DNA from: a virus
Taxonomy: Duplodnaviria > Caudoviricetes
Direction: 5' to 3' (one strand)
Length of the DNA stretch: 54,913 nt
Virus record (IMG/VR): IMGVR_UViG_3300049489_000585
Coordinates: 1 to 54,913 of that record
Below are positions 37,409 to 47,644 of this stretch, in pieces. The position numbers were made by a program, and so were the translations under genes. The notes beneath the pieces are model-generated. The model made no database searches. It saw only the letters and a program-made list of their open reading frames with translations, and had not been told where the DNA came from. Every line of letters starts with the position of its first letter. Position 1 is the stretch's first letter.

Positions 37409-38031
37409 GTGACCGGCATGACGCGCGACGAGTTCAGCGCCATCGAGCCGGCAGCACTGGGCGCCGTCGACATCGGCGACGAGGCGAACGGCACCGCCCA
37501 GCGCGTCGTCGTCAGGGCGCTGAAGGTTGGCCAGCTTCCAGCCTTCGCGCGCGCTGTGCGGCCGCTGACGGCGCAGGTCGAGGCGCTGATCGCCGGCGGC
37601 CTGTCGGTGAACGCCGTGCTGGCGCTGCTGGAGCAGCACACCGACAAGGTCGTCGAGGCCCTGGCGGTGGCCACCGGTGCGTCGTCTGCCGCGCTGAACG
37701 ACAGCAGCGTCGAGCAGATCGGCGAGCTGCTGCTGGCCGTGCTGGCGGCGAACAAGGATTTTTTGCGCGGCCGGCTGACGGCAGCCCTTCGGACGGCCGC
37801 GACGTTGAACCCTGGGGCTGGGCAGACACCGTCGCAGCCCTGAAGGCGTCCGGGTCGTGGTCGCTCGACGAGATCAAGGGGCTGACGCTTGAGCAGGTTC
37901 GCGACTTCCTGACGGCAGCCGACAGGCAGCAGCGCGACCGCCGGCTCGGCGACGCGATCGCCGCACGGATGGCCCAGGCCGAAGGCAAGCACTGGAAGGC
38001 CTACGTGAAGGGGATCAAGGGTGGCCGCTGA
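37409..38031 (+). CDS. Tail assembly chaperone G (37409-37843) and -1 frameshift G-T extension
   Basis: Slippery GGATTTTTTG at 37756-37765. The -1 frame is open up to the tape-measure start. Confidence 0.8.
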
Positions 38032-40765
38032 CCTTACCTTCCGCATTGGTGCGGAACTCACCGAGATCAAGGGCGCTCTGGCGGGCCTGAAGAAGGACAT
38101 CGCCAGCGTCGGCCAGGCCGCCAATGCATCCGGCGGCCAGCAGACCTTCAAGGGCGTCGAGGGAGGCGCACGCGCGGCGCTGGGCGGCGTGGCTCGCTTG
38201 GTGGCCGGCTTGGTGACGCTGGCCGGCGTGATCAAGCTGATCGGCGCGGCCGACGAGTTGAACACGCTGAACGCGCGCATCAAGCTCGTCACCAACAGCA
38301 CCGAGGAATACAACCGGGCGCAGGTCGCCCTGTTCGACCTGGCGCAGCGCACGCGCAGCAGCCTAGGCTCGACGATCGACCTCTACGCCAAGATCGCCCA
38401 ATCGACCAAGGACGCCAATGTCGGCCAGGAGGTGCTGCTCTCGGTCGTCGAGACCATCAACCAAGCCGTGCAGCTCTCCGGCGCCAGTGCGCAGGCCGCC
38501 GAGGCAGCGCTGGTGCAGTTGGGCCAGGGTCTGGGCAGCGGCACGCTCCGCGGCGAGGAACTGAACAGCGTGCTCGAGCAGACGCCGGCTCTGGCCGACG
38601 CGATCGCCAAGGGCATGGGCATCACCCGGGCCGAGCTGCGAAAGTACGGCGAGGAAGGCAAGATCACCAGCGAGCAGGTGATCAAGGCCCTGCTGGCGCA
38701 GCGCGACGTGGTGGCCGAGCAGTTCGCCTCGCTGCCGCTGACCGTGGGCCAGTCGGTCACGCTGCTGAAGAACGCCGGCCTGCAGCTGCTGGGCGCCTTC
38801 GACGACAGCAGCAAGGCCACCTCCGGCCTGGCCAGCGTGATCAAGGACCTGGCCGACTACCTGGCCAGCGATGAGGCGGCCGGCGCCGCGGTCGAGTTCG
38901 CCGCCACCTGGTCGAACGCCTTCCGCCTGTTCGTCGACGACGTCAAGGATGCGGTGCGCATCGTGCGCGAGGCGACCGGCGACATCGTCGGCAGCAGCGA
39001 GGATCTGGTCAGCATCGTCGCGCGCGCCTTCCGCGAGCTGCCGGTCAACGTGCGCACCGGGATCCAGATCGTGACCGTACAGGCGGCCGCGATGTTCGAC
39101 CGCCTGGTGTCATACGCCACCTTCGTGAAGGACAACTTCAAGGCGATCTTCACCAACGACACGCAGGACGCGGCCTTCGCGCGGTTCCAGCGGCGCAATG
39201 CGGCAATCGCGGAGGCCGCCAGTTCAACCGTCGACGACGCCTTGGCCGAGCGCGACAAGGCCCTGGCAGACGCGAAGGCAGCCGGCACCGAGGCGCAGCG
39301 CCGGCGTCAGCAGGCGCGCAACACGCGCGGCAGCACCAGCCTGGGCACCTTCAAGCCGCAGACATCCGACAAAGACAAGGCCAAGGCCGACGCCCTGCGC
39401 AAGGCCGAGATCGACAGCCAGGAACGGCTGCTGAAGGACTCGTCGCAGCGGCAGATCAGCATCCTCCAGGAGCTCTACGAAGACGCCAAGATCGCGGCGG
39501 CCGACTACTTCAGCCGGCGCCAGGCGCTGGAGATCGAGGGGCTGGATCGCGCGATAGCCATCGAGCGGCAGCGCGCGGCAGCCGGCGGCGCCGAGAGGGT
39601 CAAGGCGCTGGCCGACATCGAACTGCTGGAGCGCCAGAAGGGCGACGTACAGCGCCGCATCCAGCGCGAGCAGGCGGCCGATGCACGCAAGCTCGACGCC
39701 GAGCTGGCCCAGGCCCGGGCGCAGGAGGCCGAAAACGAAGGCCGCACCGCCGACGCGGCGCGCATCCGCCTTGAGGCCCAGTACCGCGACCTGCTGGCCC
39801 GGATGGAAGCCGATGGCAACGCGGCCGGCGCGCGGCTGATCCGCGGCCTGATCAACACCGGCGTGGCAAAGGCGCAGTTTGACGAGATCAGGCGGCAGGC
39901 CGAGGCCGTGTTCGCGGACCTGGAGCGCCAGCGCGGTCGCATTGCTGGCCTTGTGGACACCGGCGCGATCACGCCGGAGCAGGGCCGGACCCAGGGCCAG
40001 GCCGCGCAGGTGGACGCCGCCGCGCGCCTAGCGCCCATCAATGCGCAGCTGCAGGAGCTGGCTGGCACCCTGAAGGACCCCGGGCTGGTGCAGGCAGCGA
40101 ATGACCTGGGCGACGCGATCGGCCGGATCGGGCAGGGGCCTCTCACCGGCCTGGATGCGGCTATCGTCAACCTGCGCAAGAGCCTGGACGACATGAGCCA
40201 ACAGTTCGCGCAGACGGCCACGAACGCAGGCGTCGACGCGGTGACGCAGCTGTTCACCGACCTGGCCAGCGGCAGCAAGTCGGCCGGGGAGGCGCTGCGC
40301 GACTTCGTGCGCAACTTCGCCACTTCGATGGTGCAGATCGCCGCGCGCGCGTTGGCCACCTACGCGGTGCTGACGCTGCTGGATGCGGCCTATCCTGGCC
40401 TCGGAAAGATCGTCGCCGCCGGCGCATCGGTCGGTGCCAACGTCAAGCACGGCGGCGGCATGGCCGGCACCGGCGCGACCCGTCAGGTGCCGGCCTGGGC
40501 CTTCGCCGGCGCCCCGCGCTTTCACGGCGGCAGCGGTGTGCTGGGCCTGAAGCCCGACGAGATCCCGGCGATCCTGCAGACCGGTGAACGGGTGCAGTCC
40601 CGCGCCGAGGTGGCGTCGATGCAGGGCGGCGGCGGTGGCACCCGGATCATCAATGTGATCGACCCGAACCTGGTGCAGGACTACCTGACCAGCGCGGCCG
40701 GCGAGCGCACGATCGTCAACGTGATGCAGCGCAACGCCGGCGCGGTGAAGCAGGCCCTGGCGTGA
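38021..40765 (+). CDS. Tape measure protein
   Basis: QLGQGLGSGTLRGEELNSVLEQ, long helical body, APRFHGG...DEIPAILQ.GE.V. Confidence 0.95.
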   Translation: MAADLTFRIGAELTEIKGALAGLKKDIASVGQAANASGGQQTFKGVEGGARAALGGVARLVAGLVTLAGVIKLIGAADELNTLNARIKLVTNSTEEYNRAQVALFDLAQRTRSSLGSTIDLYAKIAQSTKDANVGQEVLLSVVETINQAVQLSGASAQAAEAALVQLGQGLGSGTLRGEELNSVLEQTPALADAIAKGMGITRAELRKYGEEGKITSEQVIKALLAQRDVVAEQFASLPLTVGQSVTLLKNAGLQLLGAFDDSSKATSGLASVIKDLADYLASDEAAGAAVEFAATWSNAFRLFVDDVKDAVRIVREATGDIVGSSEDLVSIVARAFRELPVNVRTGIQIVTVQAAAMFDRLVSYATFVKDNFKAIFTNDTQDAAFARFQRRNAAIAEAASSTVDDALAERDKALADAKAAGTEAQRRRQQARNTRGSTSLGTFKPQTSDKDKAKADALRKAEIDSQERLLKDSSQRQISILQELYEDAKIAAADYFSRRQALEIEGLDRAIAIERQRAAAGGAERVKALADIELLERQKGDVQRRIQREQAADARKLDAELAQARAQEAENEGRTADAARIRLEAQYRDLLARMEADGNAAGARLIRGLINTGVAKAQFDEIRRQAEAVFADLERQRGRIAGLVDTGAITPEQGRTQGQAAQVDAAARLAPINAQLQELAGTLKDPGLVQAANDLGDAIGRIGQGPLTGLDAAIVNLRKSLDDMSQQFAQTATNAGVDAVTQLFTDLASGSKSAGEALRDFVRNFATSMVQIAARALATYAVLTLLDAAYPGLGKIVAAGASVGANVKHGGGMAGTGATRQVPAWAFAGAPRFHGGSGVLGLKPDEIPAILQTGERVQSRAEVASMQGGGGGTRIINVIDPNLVQDYLTSAAGERTIVNVMQRNAGAVKQALA

Positions 40766-40774
40766 GGTCCCGGC

Positions 40775-41977
40775 ATGCCCGCTGATGTCGTCGTCGATGG
40801 CCTGACCTGCGTCCCGTGGGTGTACCGGCCGGGAGACCAGGTGCTTGAGCGCCTGGAGTGGCTGACCGACGTGATCCCGGCCTACGATGGCTCGGAGCAG
40901 CGCATCCGGCTGCGCGGATCGCCCCGGCGCGCGTTCGAGGGCGAGTTCCTGCTGAGCGGCCGCGACCGGCGCACGGCCGAGAACCTGCTGCACGGCTCTC
41001 AGGCGCGAGATTGGGCTGTGCCGGTGTGGATGGACGCCCAGACCCTCTCGGCGCCCGTTTCTGGTGGCAGCACCGTGCTTTCGGTGGACACCACCACCCG
41101 GGACTTCCACGCCGGCGGCGCGGTGTACGTCGGCACCGGGCCGGACGCCTTCGAGGTTAAGTCGATCGCGAGCCTGACGTCGTCGAGCATCACGCTTTCC
41201 GTGGCGCTGGGGGCTGGCTGGCCGGCCGGCACCGAGGTGCTGCCGCTGCGCGCGGCGCGCATGCCGGCCGACTTCCGGCTGTCGCGCTTCGACTTCGACA
41301 CGATCTACGGGCGGGTGCGCTTCGAGTGCATCGGCGGCGACGACGGCGTGACGGGCGCCGACCCGGGGCCCACCTACCGCAGCGCGCCGGTGCTCACGCT
41401 GCGGCCGAACTGGACCGAGGACGTCGACGCCCGGCTGCTGCGCAAGCTGGCGGCGCTGGACGCCGGCACCGGGCCGCTGTTCTATGACGACGAGTCGGAC
41501 GGGCCCGTGCGCCAGCAGTCGCACCGGTGGCTGCTGTCCGGGCGCGCCGAGATCCACGCCTTCCGGCAGTGGCTGTACGCCCGCCAGGGCCGCTTGGTGG
41601 ACTTCTGGCTGCCATCCTGGGCCGCCGACCTCGTGCTGGTGGCCTCGGCCGGCTCTGGCGCCACGCAGATCGACGTGGAGGCCTGCGGCTACACCGACCG
41701 CGTGGCGCAGGACATCGGCCGGCGCGACATCCGCATCGAGCTGGCCAGCGGCTCGTCGATCACCCGGCGCATCACCGCCAGCACCGTCGTCAGCGCCAGC
41801 GTCGAGCGGCTGACCATCGATTCCGCGCTGGGCACGGCCATCGCGCCGGCCGACGTGGTGCGCATCACCTTCCTCGACCGGGTGCGCCTGGACGCCGACG
41901 CCGCGGAAATCGCCTGGTGGACATGGGACACGGCCGAGTCGCGGCTGCTGACAAGGGGCTCACGCAATGATCTGTAG
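40775..41977 (+). CDS. Distal tail/baseplate protein
   Basis: ERLEWLTDV, EQR..LR..PRR, GR...FWLPSW. Confidence 0.8.
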   Translation: MPADVVVDGLTCVPWVYRPGDQVLERLEWLTDVIPAYDGSEQRIRLRGSPRRAFEGEFLLSGRDRRTAENLLHGSQARDWAVPVWMDAQTLSAPVSGGSTVLSVDTTTRDFHAGGAVYVGTGPDAFEVKSIASLTSSSITLSVALGAGWPAGTEVLPLRAARMPADFRLSRFDFDTIYGRVRFECIGGDDGVTGADPGPTYRSAPVLTLRPNWTEDVDARLLRKLAALDAGTGPLFYDDESDGPVRQQSHRWLLSGRAEIHAFRQWLYARQGRLVDFWLPSWAADLVLVASAGSGATQIDVEACGYTDRVAQDIGRRDIRIELASGSSITRRITASTVVSASVERLTIDSALGTAIAPADVVRITFLDRVRLDADAAEIAWWTWDTAESRLLTRGSRNDL

Positions 41978-41983
41978 CACGCC

Positions 41984-42802
41984 ATGACGTACAACGCCCG
42001 AGAGATCAGCACCGCCGACGGCGCGCCAGTCGAGCTGTACACCTTCGTCACCGGCGCCATCACCCGGCGCTACACCTCGGCCGATGCCGACATCGTGGTC
42101 GACGGCAACACCTACACCGCGGCGGTGCTGCAGCGCTCGGCCATCACCACCACCGCCGAGCGCGCGCGCAACGCGCTGCAGATCACATGCGCGCGCGACT
42201 TCCCCATCGCCGAGCTGTTCCGGGTGGCGCCGCCGTCGGAGATCATCGCGCTGACCGTGCGTCGGGTGCACCGCGGCGACACCGACGTGGCCGTCGGGTG
42301 GATGGGCCGGGTGGTCAACTGCGAATGGCAGTCGGGCAGCACCGCGCGCCTGAACTGCGAGCCGGTGTCGGCATCGCTGCGGCGCATGGGCCTGCGGCGC
42401 AAGTACCAGCGGCAGTGCCCGCACGTGCTCTACCTGCAGGGCCCTGGGCAGTGCAACGTGGTCCGGGCAAGCCACAGCACCACCACCACGATCACCAGCG
42501 TCACCGGCCTGCTGATCGGCGTAGCCTCGCTGCCGTCCAAGCCCTGGCCTGGGGGCTTCGCCGAGTGGACGCTGCCCGACGGCAGCATCGAGCGCCGCTT
42601 CATCGAGGCCCAGCCCTCGGCCGGTGTGCTGAAGATCACCCAGGCCTTCCAGGGCATCACCATCGGCCAGACCGTGACCATCAGCCCGGGCTGCGACCAC
42701 ACCCAGGCCACCTGCATCGCCACCTACTCCAACGGCGACAACTACGGCGGATTCCCCTTCATCCCGTTGAAGAACCCCTTCAACGGCACGCCGGTCTACT
42801 GA
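41984..42802 (+). CDS. Baseplate hub protein (BR0599/GTA-like)
   Basis: PVELYTF, C.H.LY...C, PGCDHT..TC...N..NYGGFPFIP. Confidence 0.85.
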   Translation: MTYNAREISTADGAPVELYTFVTGAITRRYTSADADIVVDGNTYTAAVLQRSAITTTAERARNALQITCARDFPIAELFRVAPPSEIIALTVRRVHRGDTDVAVGWMGRVVNCEWQSGSTARLNCEPVSASLRRMGLRRKYQRQCPHVLYLQGPGQCNVVRASHSTTTTITSVTGLLIGVASLPSKPWPGGFAEWTLPDGSIERRFIEAQPSAGVLKITQAFQGITIGQTVTISPGCDHTQATCIATYSNGDNYGGFPFIPLKNPFNGTPVY

Positions 42803-42821
42803 CCCACCGACGAGGCACGCC

Positions 42822-43058
42822 ATGGATCCATGGACCGCTTTCTACCTTCTCATCGTCGCGGCGCTGATCTCCTATGCGCTGGCCCCGAAGCCGCCGTCGC
42901 CGAAGCCCGCCAGCATCGAGGACTTCGACATCCCGACGGCCGAGCAAGGGCGCGAGATCCCGGTGGCCTTCGGTACCGTCACCGTGACCGGGCCGAACGT
43001 CATCTGGTACGGCAAGCTCGGCACCGAAGAGATCGTGGCGTCAGGCGGCAAGAAGTGA
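42822..43058 (+). CDS. Small tail assembly protein
   Basis: PTAEQGREIPVAFGT....PNVIWYG. Confidence 0.75.
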   Translation: MDPWTAFYLLIVAALISYALAPKPPSPKPASIEDFDIPTAEQGREIPVAFGTVTVTGPNVIWYGKLGTEEIVASGGKK

Positions 43059-43288
43059 ACGCAGAAGACCCGCTCGTCATGGTGCGCCACTGCACGGCCG
43101 GCGGCGCTCGGTACTGCGCGCCAGGCTTGCGCGCCTTCTGCCGCCGGCACGGCCTGGACTTCCGCGCCTTCCTGCGCGGTGGCCTGCCGGCCAGCGTGAT
43201 CGAGCGGACAGGGGACGCGATGGCCCAGTGCGCCGTGGCCAACGCCCGGGCGGAAGTGGCAGAGAGGGCTGACCATGGGCAGCAGTAG
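43055..43288 (+). CDS. Small tail assembly protein
   Basis: YC.PG.R.F..RHGLDF..FL..G. Confidence 0.7.
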   Translation: MNAEDPLVMVRHCTAGGARYCAPGLRAFCRRHGLDFRAFLRGGLPASVIERTGDAMAQCAVANARAEVAERADHGQQ

Positions 43289-46200
43289 CAGCAGCCGGGT
43301 CGCTGGCTACCGGTACAAGATGGGCCTGCACTTCGGCATCTGCCAAGGCCCCATCGACCGCCTGCGCAGCATCATCGTCGGCGAGCGCATCGCCTGGCAG
43401 GGTGGCAAGACCGACAACGCGAGCTTCCGCGTCCAGGCCCAGCAGCTGTTCGGCGGCGACGAGCGCGAGGGCGGGATCGCGGGCGACGCGGTGGCCATGT
43501 TCGGTGCCAACACCCAGACGCTGCCGGGCGCCGTGGCTGCGCTGCTGCCGTCCCCATCGCCAGCCTTCCGGGGCGTGTTCACGCTGGCCTACGATGGCCT
43601 GATCGGGTCGAACAACCCGTATATCAAGCCCTTCGCCTTCAAGGTGCAGCGCACCCTGGCCGGCTGGAACGCCGGGCCCTGGCTGCCGGACAAGTGCGAG
43701 ATTGGCGCGCTGGGCGCCGAGACCTTCTCTTTCACGGTGCTGCAGTCGCGGTTTGCCGGCGGCGATGCGTCCGACGAGAGCGGCTTCCTGCACGGCGCAC
43801 CGACGCAGTCTGGCGGCTCGGTCACCTCGAGCGGCTTCCGCGTCGACAGCGACAACGCGGCGACCCCTTCGACCCCTTCGACCCTCACCTATGACTGGCC
43901 CGGGTTCGGTGACGCAGGGGTCGGGCCGCTGACGCTGGAGTTCTTCATCGAGTGGGAGGCCACGCCGAACATCGCATACACGCCCTGCGTGCGCCTGATC
44001 ACCGACACCACCAACGTGTCGGGCACGACCCAGGACTTCGGCTTCACCGGCAGCGGTGGCGCGATGGTGTACAACGATGCGGGCTTCGGCGTCGAGTACA
44101 GCGGCAGCGTTGCGCCAGTGTTCCCGGTGCACTGCGCGGTGGTGCTGGACGACGACGAGAAGTCGGTCTACATCGGCGGCACGCGGGTGCACAACGCGAC
44201 CGGTGCGATTCCGCCCAGCGCGAACCCGATGCGCCTGATCCTGGGCGACCCGGCAGGCTACACGTCGGGCCTCACGCGCTTCAGCATCAGCGGCTTCCGC
44301 GTGCGCCGCGAGGCCCTGTACTCCGGCGCCACGATCACGCCGCCGACATCGATCCCTGACCCTGACGTGGCGGCCGCGCAGACCGGCAACGTCGCGATGA
44401 ACCCGGCGCACATCATCTACCAGTGCCTGACCGATCCGGTGTGGGGCATGGGCTACCCGACGGCCACCATCGGGTCGACCTTCGAGGATGCCGCGAATGC
44501 GCTGTACGACGAGGGCTTCGGCCTGTGCCTGCTGTGGAACAAGCAGGAGGAGCTGGGCGCCTTCATCCGCATCGTGCTGGACCACATCGGGGGCGTTCTC
44601 TACGCCGATCCGAAGACCGGGCTGTTCGAGCTGAAGCTGTTGCGCGCGGACTATGACCCAGGCACCCTGCCGGTGTTCGGGCCGACCGAGATCCGCGAGG
44701 TCGAGAGCTTCCAGCGGGTGGGCTACGGCGAGACCATCAACGAGATCACGGTGGTGTTCCGCGATGTCGAGACCAACAAGGACACGCCAGTCACGGTGCA
44801 GAACCTGGCCAACGTGCAGGCCCAGGGCGCCGTCGTCAGCACAACCCGGCAGTACCCTGGCCTGCCCAGCGCCGACCTGGCCCTGCGGGTGGCGCAGCGC
44901 GACCTGATCGCAGCATCGACTCCGCTGGCTAAGGGGCGGGTGACCATGAACCGCGAGGCTTGGTCGCTGGTGCCCGGCGGGGTGTTCAAGCTGAGCTTCC
45001 CTAAGCTGGGCCTGGACAGCGTCGTGGTGCGGGTGCTGGACATCGACTACGGCGAGCTGGCCGACGGGACTGTGTCGGCCCAGGTCGCCGAGGACGTGTT
45101 CGGCTTGCCGGACAGCAGCTACGCGGCGCAAGAGCCGATCGGCTGGGAAGAGCAGGACAACGAACCGGCCGCCATCGTGCATCAGGAGATCATCGAGGCG
45201 CCCTACCGCGGCCTGGTGGGCGCGATGACGGTGGCCGAGCTGGCGGCCGTCGACGAGGATTCTTCCTACCTGTGTGCCCTCGCGGCCCGGCCGTCGGACA
45301 CCGCGACCGGCTTCTCGATCTACAGCCGGGTCGGCGCCGCGGAGTTCCTGCGGCGCGGCGCGGGCAGCTTCGTTCCATGGGGCGAGCTCGACGCCGACAT
45401 CGGACACACCGACACCGCCCTGGTGCTGGCGGCCGGCGCCCTCGACCTCGAGGCCGTGGTGCTGGGCGGCCTGGCGATCATCGGCACCGGCGCGGCGGCC
45501 GAGTGGGTGCGGGTGGACGCGATCAACATCGGCACGCGCACGCTGACCGTCGCGCGCGGCATGCTCGACACCGTGCCAGCGGCGCACGCGGCCGCCGCGC
45601 CTGTGTGGCTGGGCGACGGGTCGCTCGGCATCGAGGGCATCGAGCGGGTGACGGCAGAGGATGTCGACTTCCAGCTGCTGACCCGCGACGGCCTTGGCAG
45701 CCTGCCGCTGGGCGAGGCGACGACGATCAGCCTGGCCGGCGACCAGCGCCAGGCGCGGCCGTACCCGCCGGGCAAGCTGCAGATCAACGGCACCAGCTAT
45801 CCGTCCAGCGCCAGCGACGCGCTCACGATCACCTGGGCGCACCGCGACCGCCTGCAGCAGACCGCCGACTTCATCGCCCAGACCGCCAGCAGCATCGGCC
45901 CGGAGGCCGGCACGACCTACAGCGCTGAGCTGCGCAACGCGGCCGACGTCGTGATCGCTTCCGCCTCGGGCCTGACCGGCACCATCTGGGTGCCGACGAT
46001 CACCCAGGGCGGCACCTACGACGCCACCGTGCGCCTGTGGTCGGTGCGTGGCGGCCTGGAGAGCTGGCAGGTGCACGACCACACCTTCAGCTACACCAGC
46101 GCGGGCGTGAGCATCGGTGCACCGGGCCAGACCGGCGTCGTCACCGCCAGCCTTGTGTTCCCGGCGGCAGGTGCGGCGATCGCTTTGGCGTTGACTCAGA

Positions 46201-47570
46201 CGGCACAGGCTGCGCGCGCGGCATCCGGCTGGAGGTCCACCATCACCCTGCAGAACATCGGCGGCGGATCGTCGGTGGGCGTTGGGTCGGTGCTGACCGC
46301 GCAGTTCACGCGCTACTACACGGTCGGCCCCGACCTGTTCGGCGATGTCACGCAAGCCGGCATCACGTTTTCGACCACCAGGACGCGGGCGCAGGCCCTT
46401 GGAGACTGGGCGACCATCGCGAACCTGAACAGCGTGCTTCGGGCGCGCGGCTGGAACATCTACCTGGACGGCAGCGACGCCAATCCGTCGGTGCAGCTGT
46501 TCGGACCGATCGGCGAGGAATGGGATGTCTACCCGACGCCTGCGGGCACGCCGCCGAACTCGATCTTCTTCGGCCTGGAGCAGAGCATCGCGACGCGAGG
46601 CGGCCCGGCCATCCTGACAGACCGGCCGCAGATCGTCACGGCGACGCTGACCGGCACGCCGAACCCGGGCGACCTGTACACGGTGACCCTGAATGGCGTG
46701 GACTACACCTACACCGCGCTGACGACCGACGACCTCGCTGGCGTGGCCTACGGGCTGGCCACGGTGATCAACGCAGCATCTACCTTCAACGCCACGTCGG
46801 CCGCTAGCGTGATAACGATTGACGGCATCCTGGCGTCCAACGTCTACACCTACTCCGGGTCCGCCTCCGGTGCGCACGCCTACGGCCAGGTCGGCGCCGA
46901 CGCCTTCTGGACCAGCACCACCTTCCTGCTGAACACGCTGGGCGCCGACAACTCGACGACCTTCACCGACGCCAGCACGCTCGGCCACACGGTCACCACG
47001 AACGGCGGCGCAAAGGTCACCAGCAGCCAGCTGGACGCCGACGGCAACGGGGACTTCCTGTCAGTGCCGGGCCATACCGGCTTCGACTTCGGCTCCGGCG
47101 AATTCTGCGTCGAGGCCATCGCAGCGGTGCGCAACAACCCAGGGACAGGCCCGCGCCCGATCATCGCCAGATGGAAGAACGGGCTCAACCAGCTGGCGTT
47201 CTTCCTCGGCGTCGACAACTCGAACAAGCTGGTCTTCTACTACTCGACGGACGGAACCAACGGGGTGTTTACGCCGGTCACCTCGAGCTCGATCGCCGTT
47301 GGCACGACGCCGCAGCACTTCATGGCGAACAGGATCAGCGGCACGCTGCGCCTGTTCATTGCTGGGATCAAGCTGTACGAGGCGACGCACTCCGGGGCGA
47401 TCTTCGTGCCCACCAGCACCCCGCTGACGATCGCCGGCGTCGACTACTCGTCGTCGAGCTCGCACACCGACCTGCTGGGCAAGCACCGGACGTTCCGCAT
47501 CACCAAGGGGTCCGGCCGCGGCTACACGGCGAACTTCACGCCGCCGACGGGGCCGTTCGCGAACTACTGA
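43275..47570 (+). CDS. Tail tip/central fibre protein with LamG-like domains
   Basis: GYRYKMGLH, MNPAHIIY.CLT...WGMG, RPYPPG, C-terminal DFGSGEFCVE...FRITKG..RGYTANFTPPT. Confidence 0.9.
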   Translation: MGSSSSSRVAGYRYKMGLHFGICQGPIDRLRSIIVGERIAWQGGKTDNASFRVQAQQLFGGDEREGGIAGDAVAMFGANTQTLPGAVAALLPSPSPAFRGVFTLAYDGLIGSNNPYIKPFAFKVQRTLAGWNAGPWLPDKCEIGALGAETFSFTVLQSRFAGGDASDESGFLHGAPTQSGGSVTSSGFRVDSDNAATPSTPSTLTYDWPGFGDAGVGPLTLEFFIEWEATPNIAYTPCVRLITDTTNVSGTTQDFGFTGSGGAMVYNDAGFGVEYSGSVAPVFPVHCAVVLDDDEKSVYIGGTRVHNATGAIPPSANPMRLILGDPAGYTSGLTRFSISGFRVRREALYSGATITPPTSIPDPDVAAAQTGNVAMNPAHIIYQCLTDPVWGMGYPTATIGSTFEDAANALYDEGFGLCLLWNKQEELGAFIRIVLDHIGGVLYADPKTGLFELKLLRADYDPGTLPVFGPTEIREVESFQRVGYGETINEITVVFRDVETNKDTPVTVQNLANVQAQGAVVSTTRQYPGLPSADLALRVAQRDLIAASTPLAKGRVTMNREAWSLVPGGVFKLSFPKLGLDSVVVRVLDIDYGELADGTVSAQVAEDVFGLPDSSYAAQEPIGWEEQDNEPAAIVHQEIIEAPYRGLVGAMTVAELAAVDEDSSYLCALAARPSDTATGFSIYSRVGAAEFLRRGAGSFVPWGELDADIGHTDTALVLAAGALDLEAVVLGGLAIIGTGAAAEWVRVDAINIGTRTLTVARGMLDTVPAAHAAAAPVWLGDGSLGIEGIERVTAEDVDFQLLTRDGLGSLPLGEATTISLAGDQRQARPYPPGKLQINGTSYPSSASDALTITWAHRDRLQQTADFIAQTASSIGPEAGTTYSAELRNAADVVIASASGLTGTIWVPTITQGGTYDATVRLWSVRGGLESWQVHDHTFSYTSAGVSIGAPGQTGVVTASLVFPAAGAAIALALTQTAQAARAASGWRSTITLQNIGGGSSVGVGSVLTAQFTRYYTVGPDLFGDVTQAGITFSTTRTRAQALGDWATIANLNSVLRARGWNIYLDGSDANPSVQLFGPIGEEWDVYPTPAGTPPNSIFFGLEQSIATRGGPAILTDRPQIVTATLTGTPNPGDLYTVTLNGVDYTYTALTTDDLAGVAYGLATVINAASTFNATSAASVITIDGILASNVYTYSGSASGAHAYGQVGADAFWTSTTFLLNTLGADNSTTFTDASTLGHTVTTNGGAKVTSSQLDADGNGDFLSVPGHTGFDFGSGEFCVEAIAAVRNNPGTGPRPIIARWKNGLNQLAFFLGVDNSNKLVFYYSTDGTNGVFTPVTSSSIAVGTTPQHFMANRISGTLRLFIAGIKLYEATHSGAIFVPTSTPLTIAGVDYSSSSSHTDLLGKHRTFRITKGSGRGYTANFTPPTGPFANY

Positions 47571-47644
47571 TGGCCGGCGGTTGACGGGCGTCTGTCGCGC
47601 GCCTGTTTCCGCCCGAGCCGACTTGTCCCGCCGTTGTCCCGCGA

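Noticed and set aside
43077-46988. Long antisense ORFs (for example 43077-46988, 40028-41557, 49269-50372) and + strand ORFs within cassettes
   Set aside because: These are shadow frames of high-GC genes with no motifs. The opposite strand has RBSs and recognisable domains.
43275-47570. Diversity-generating retroelement or invertible tail-fibre switch
   Set aside because: No reverse transcriptase, TR/VR pair, invertase or flanking inverted repeats were seen.
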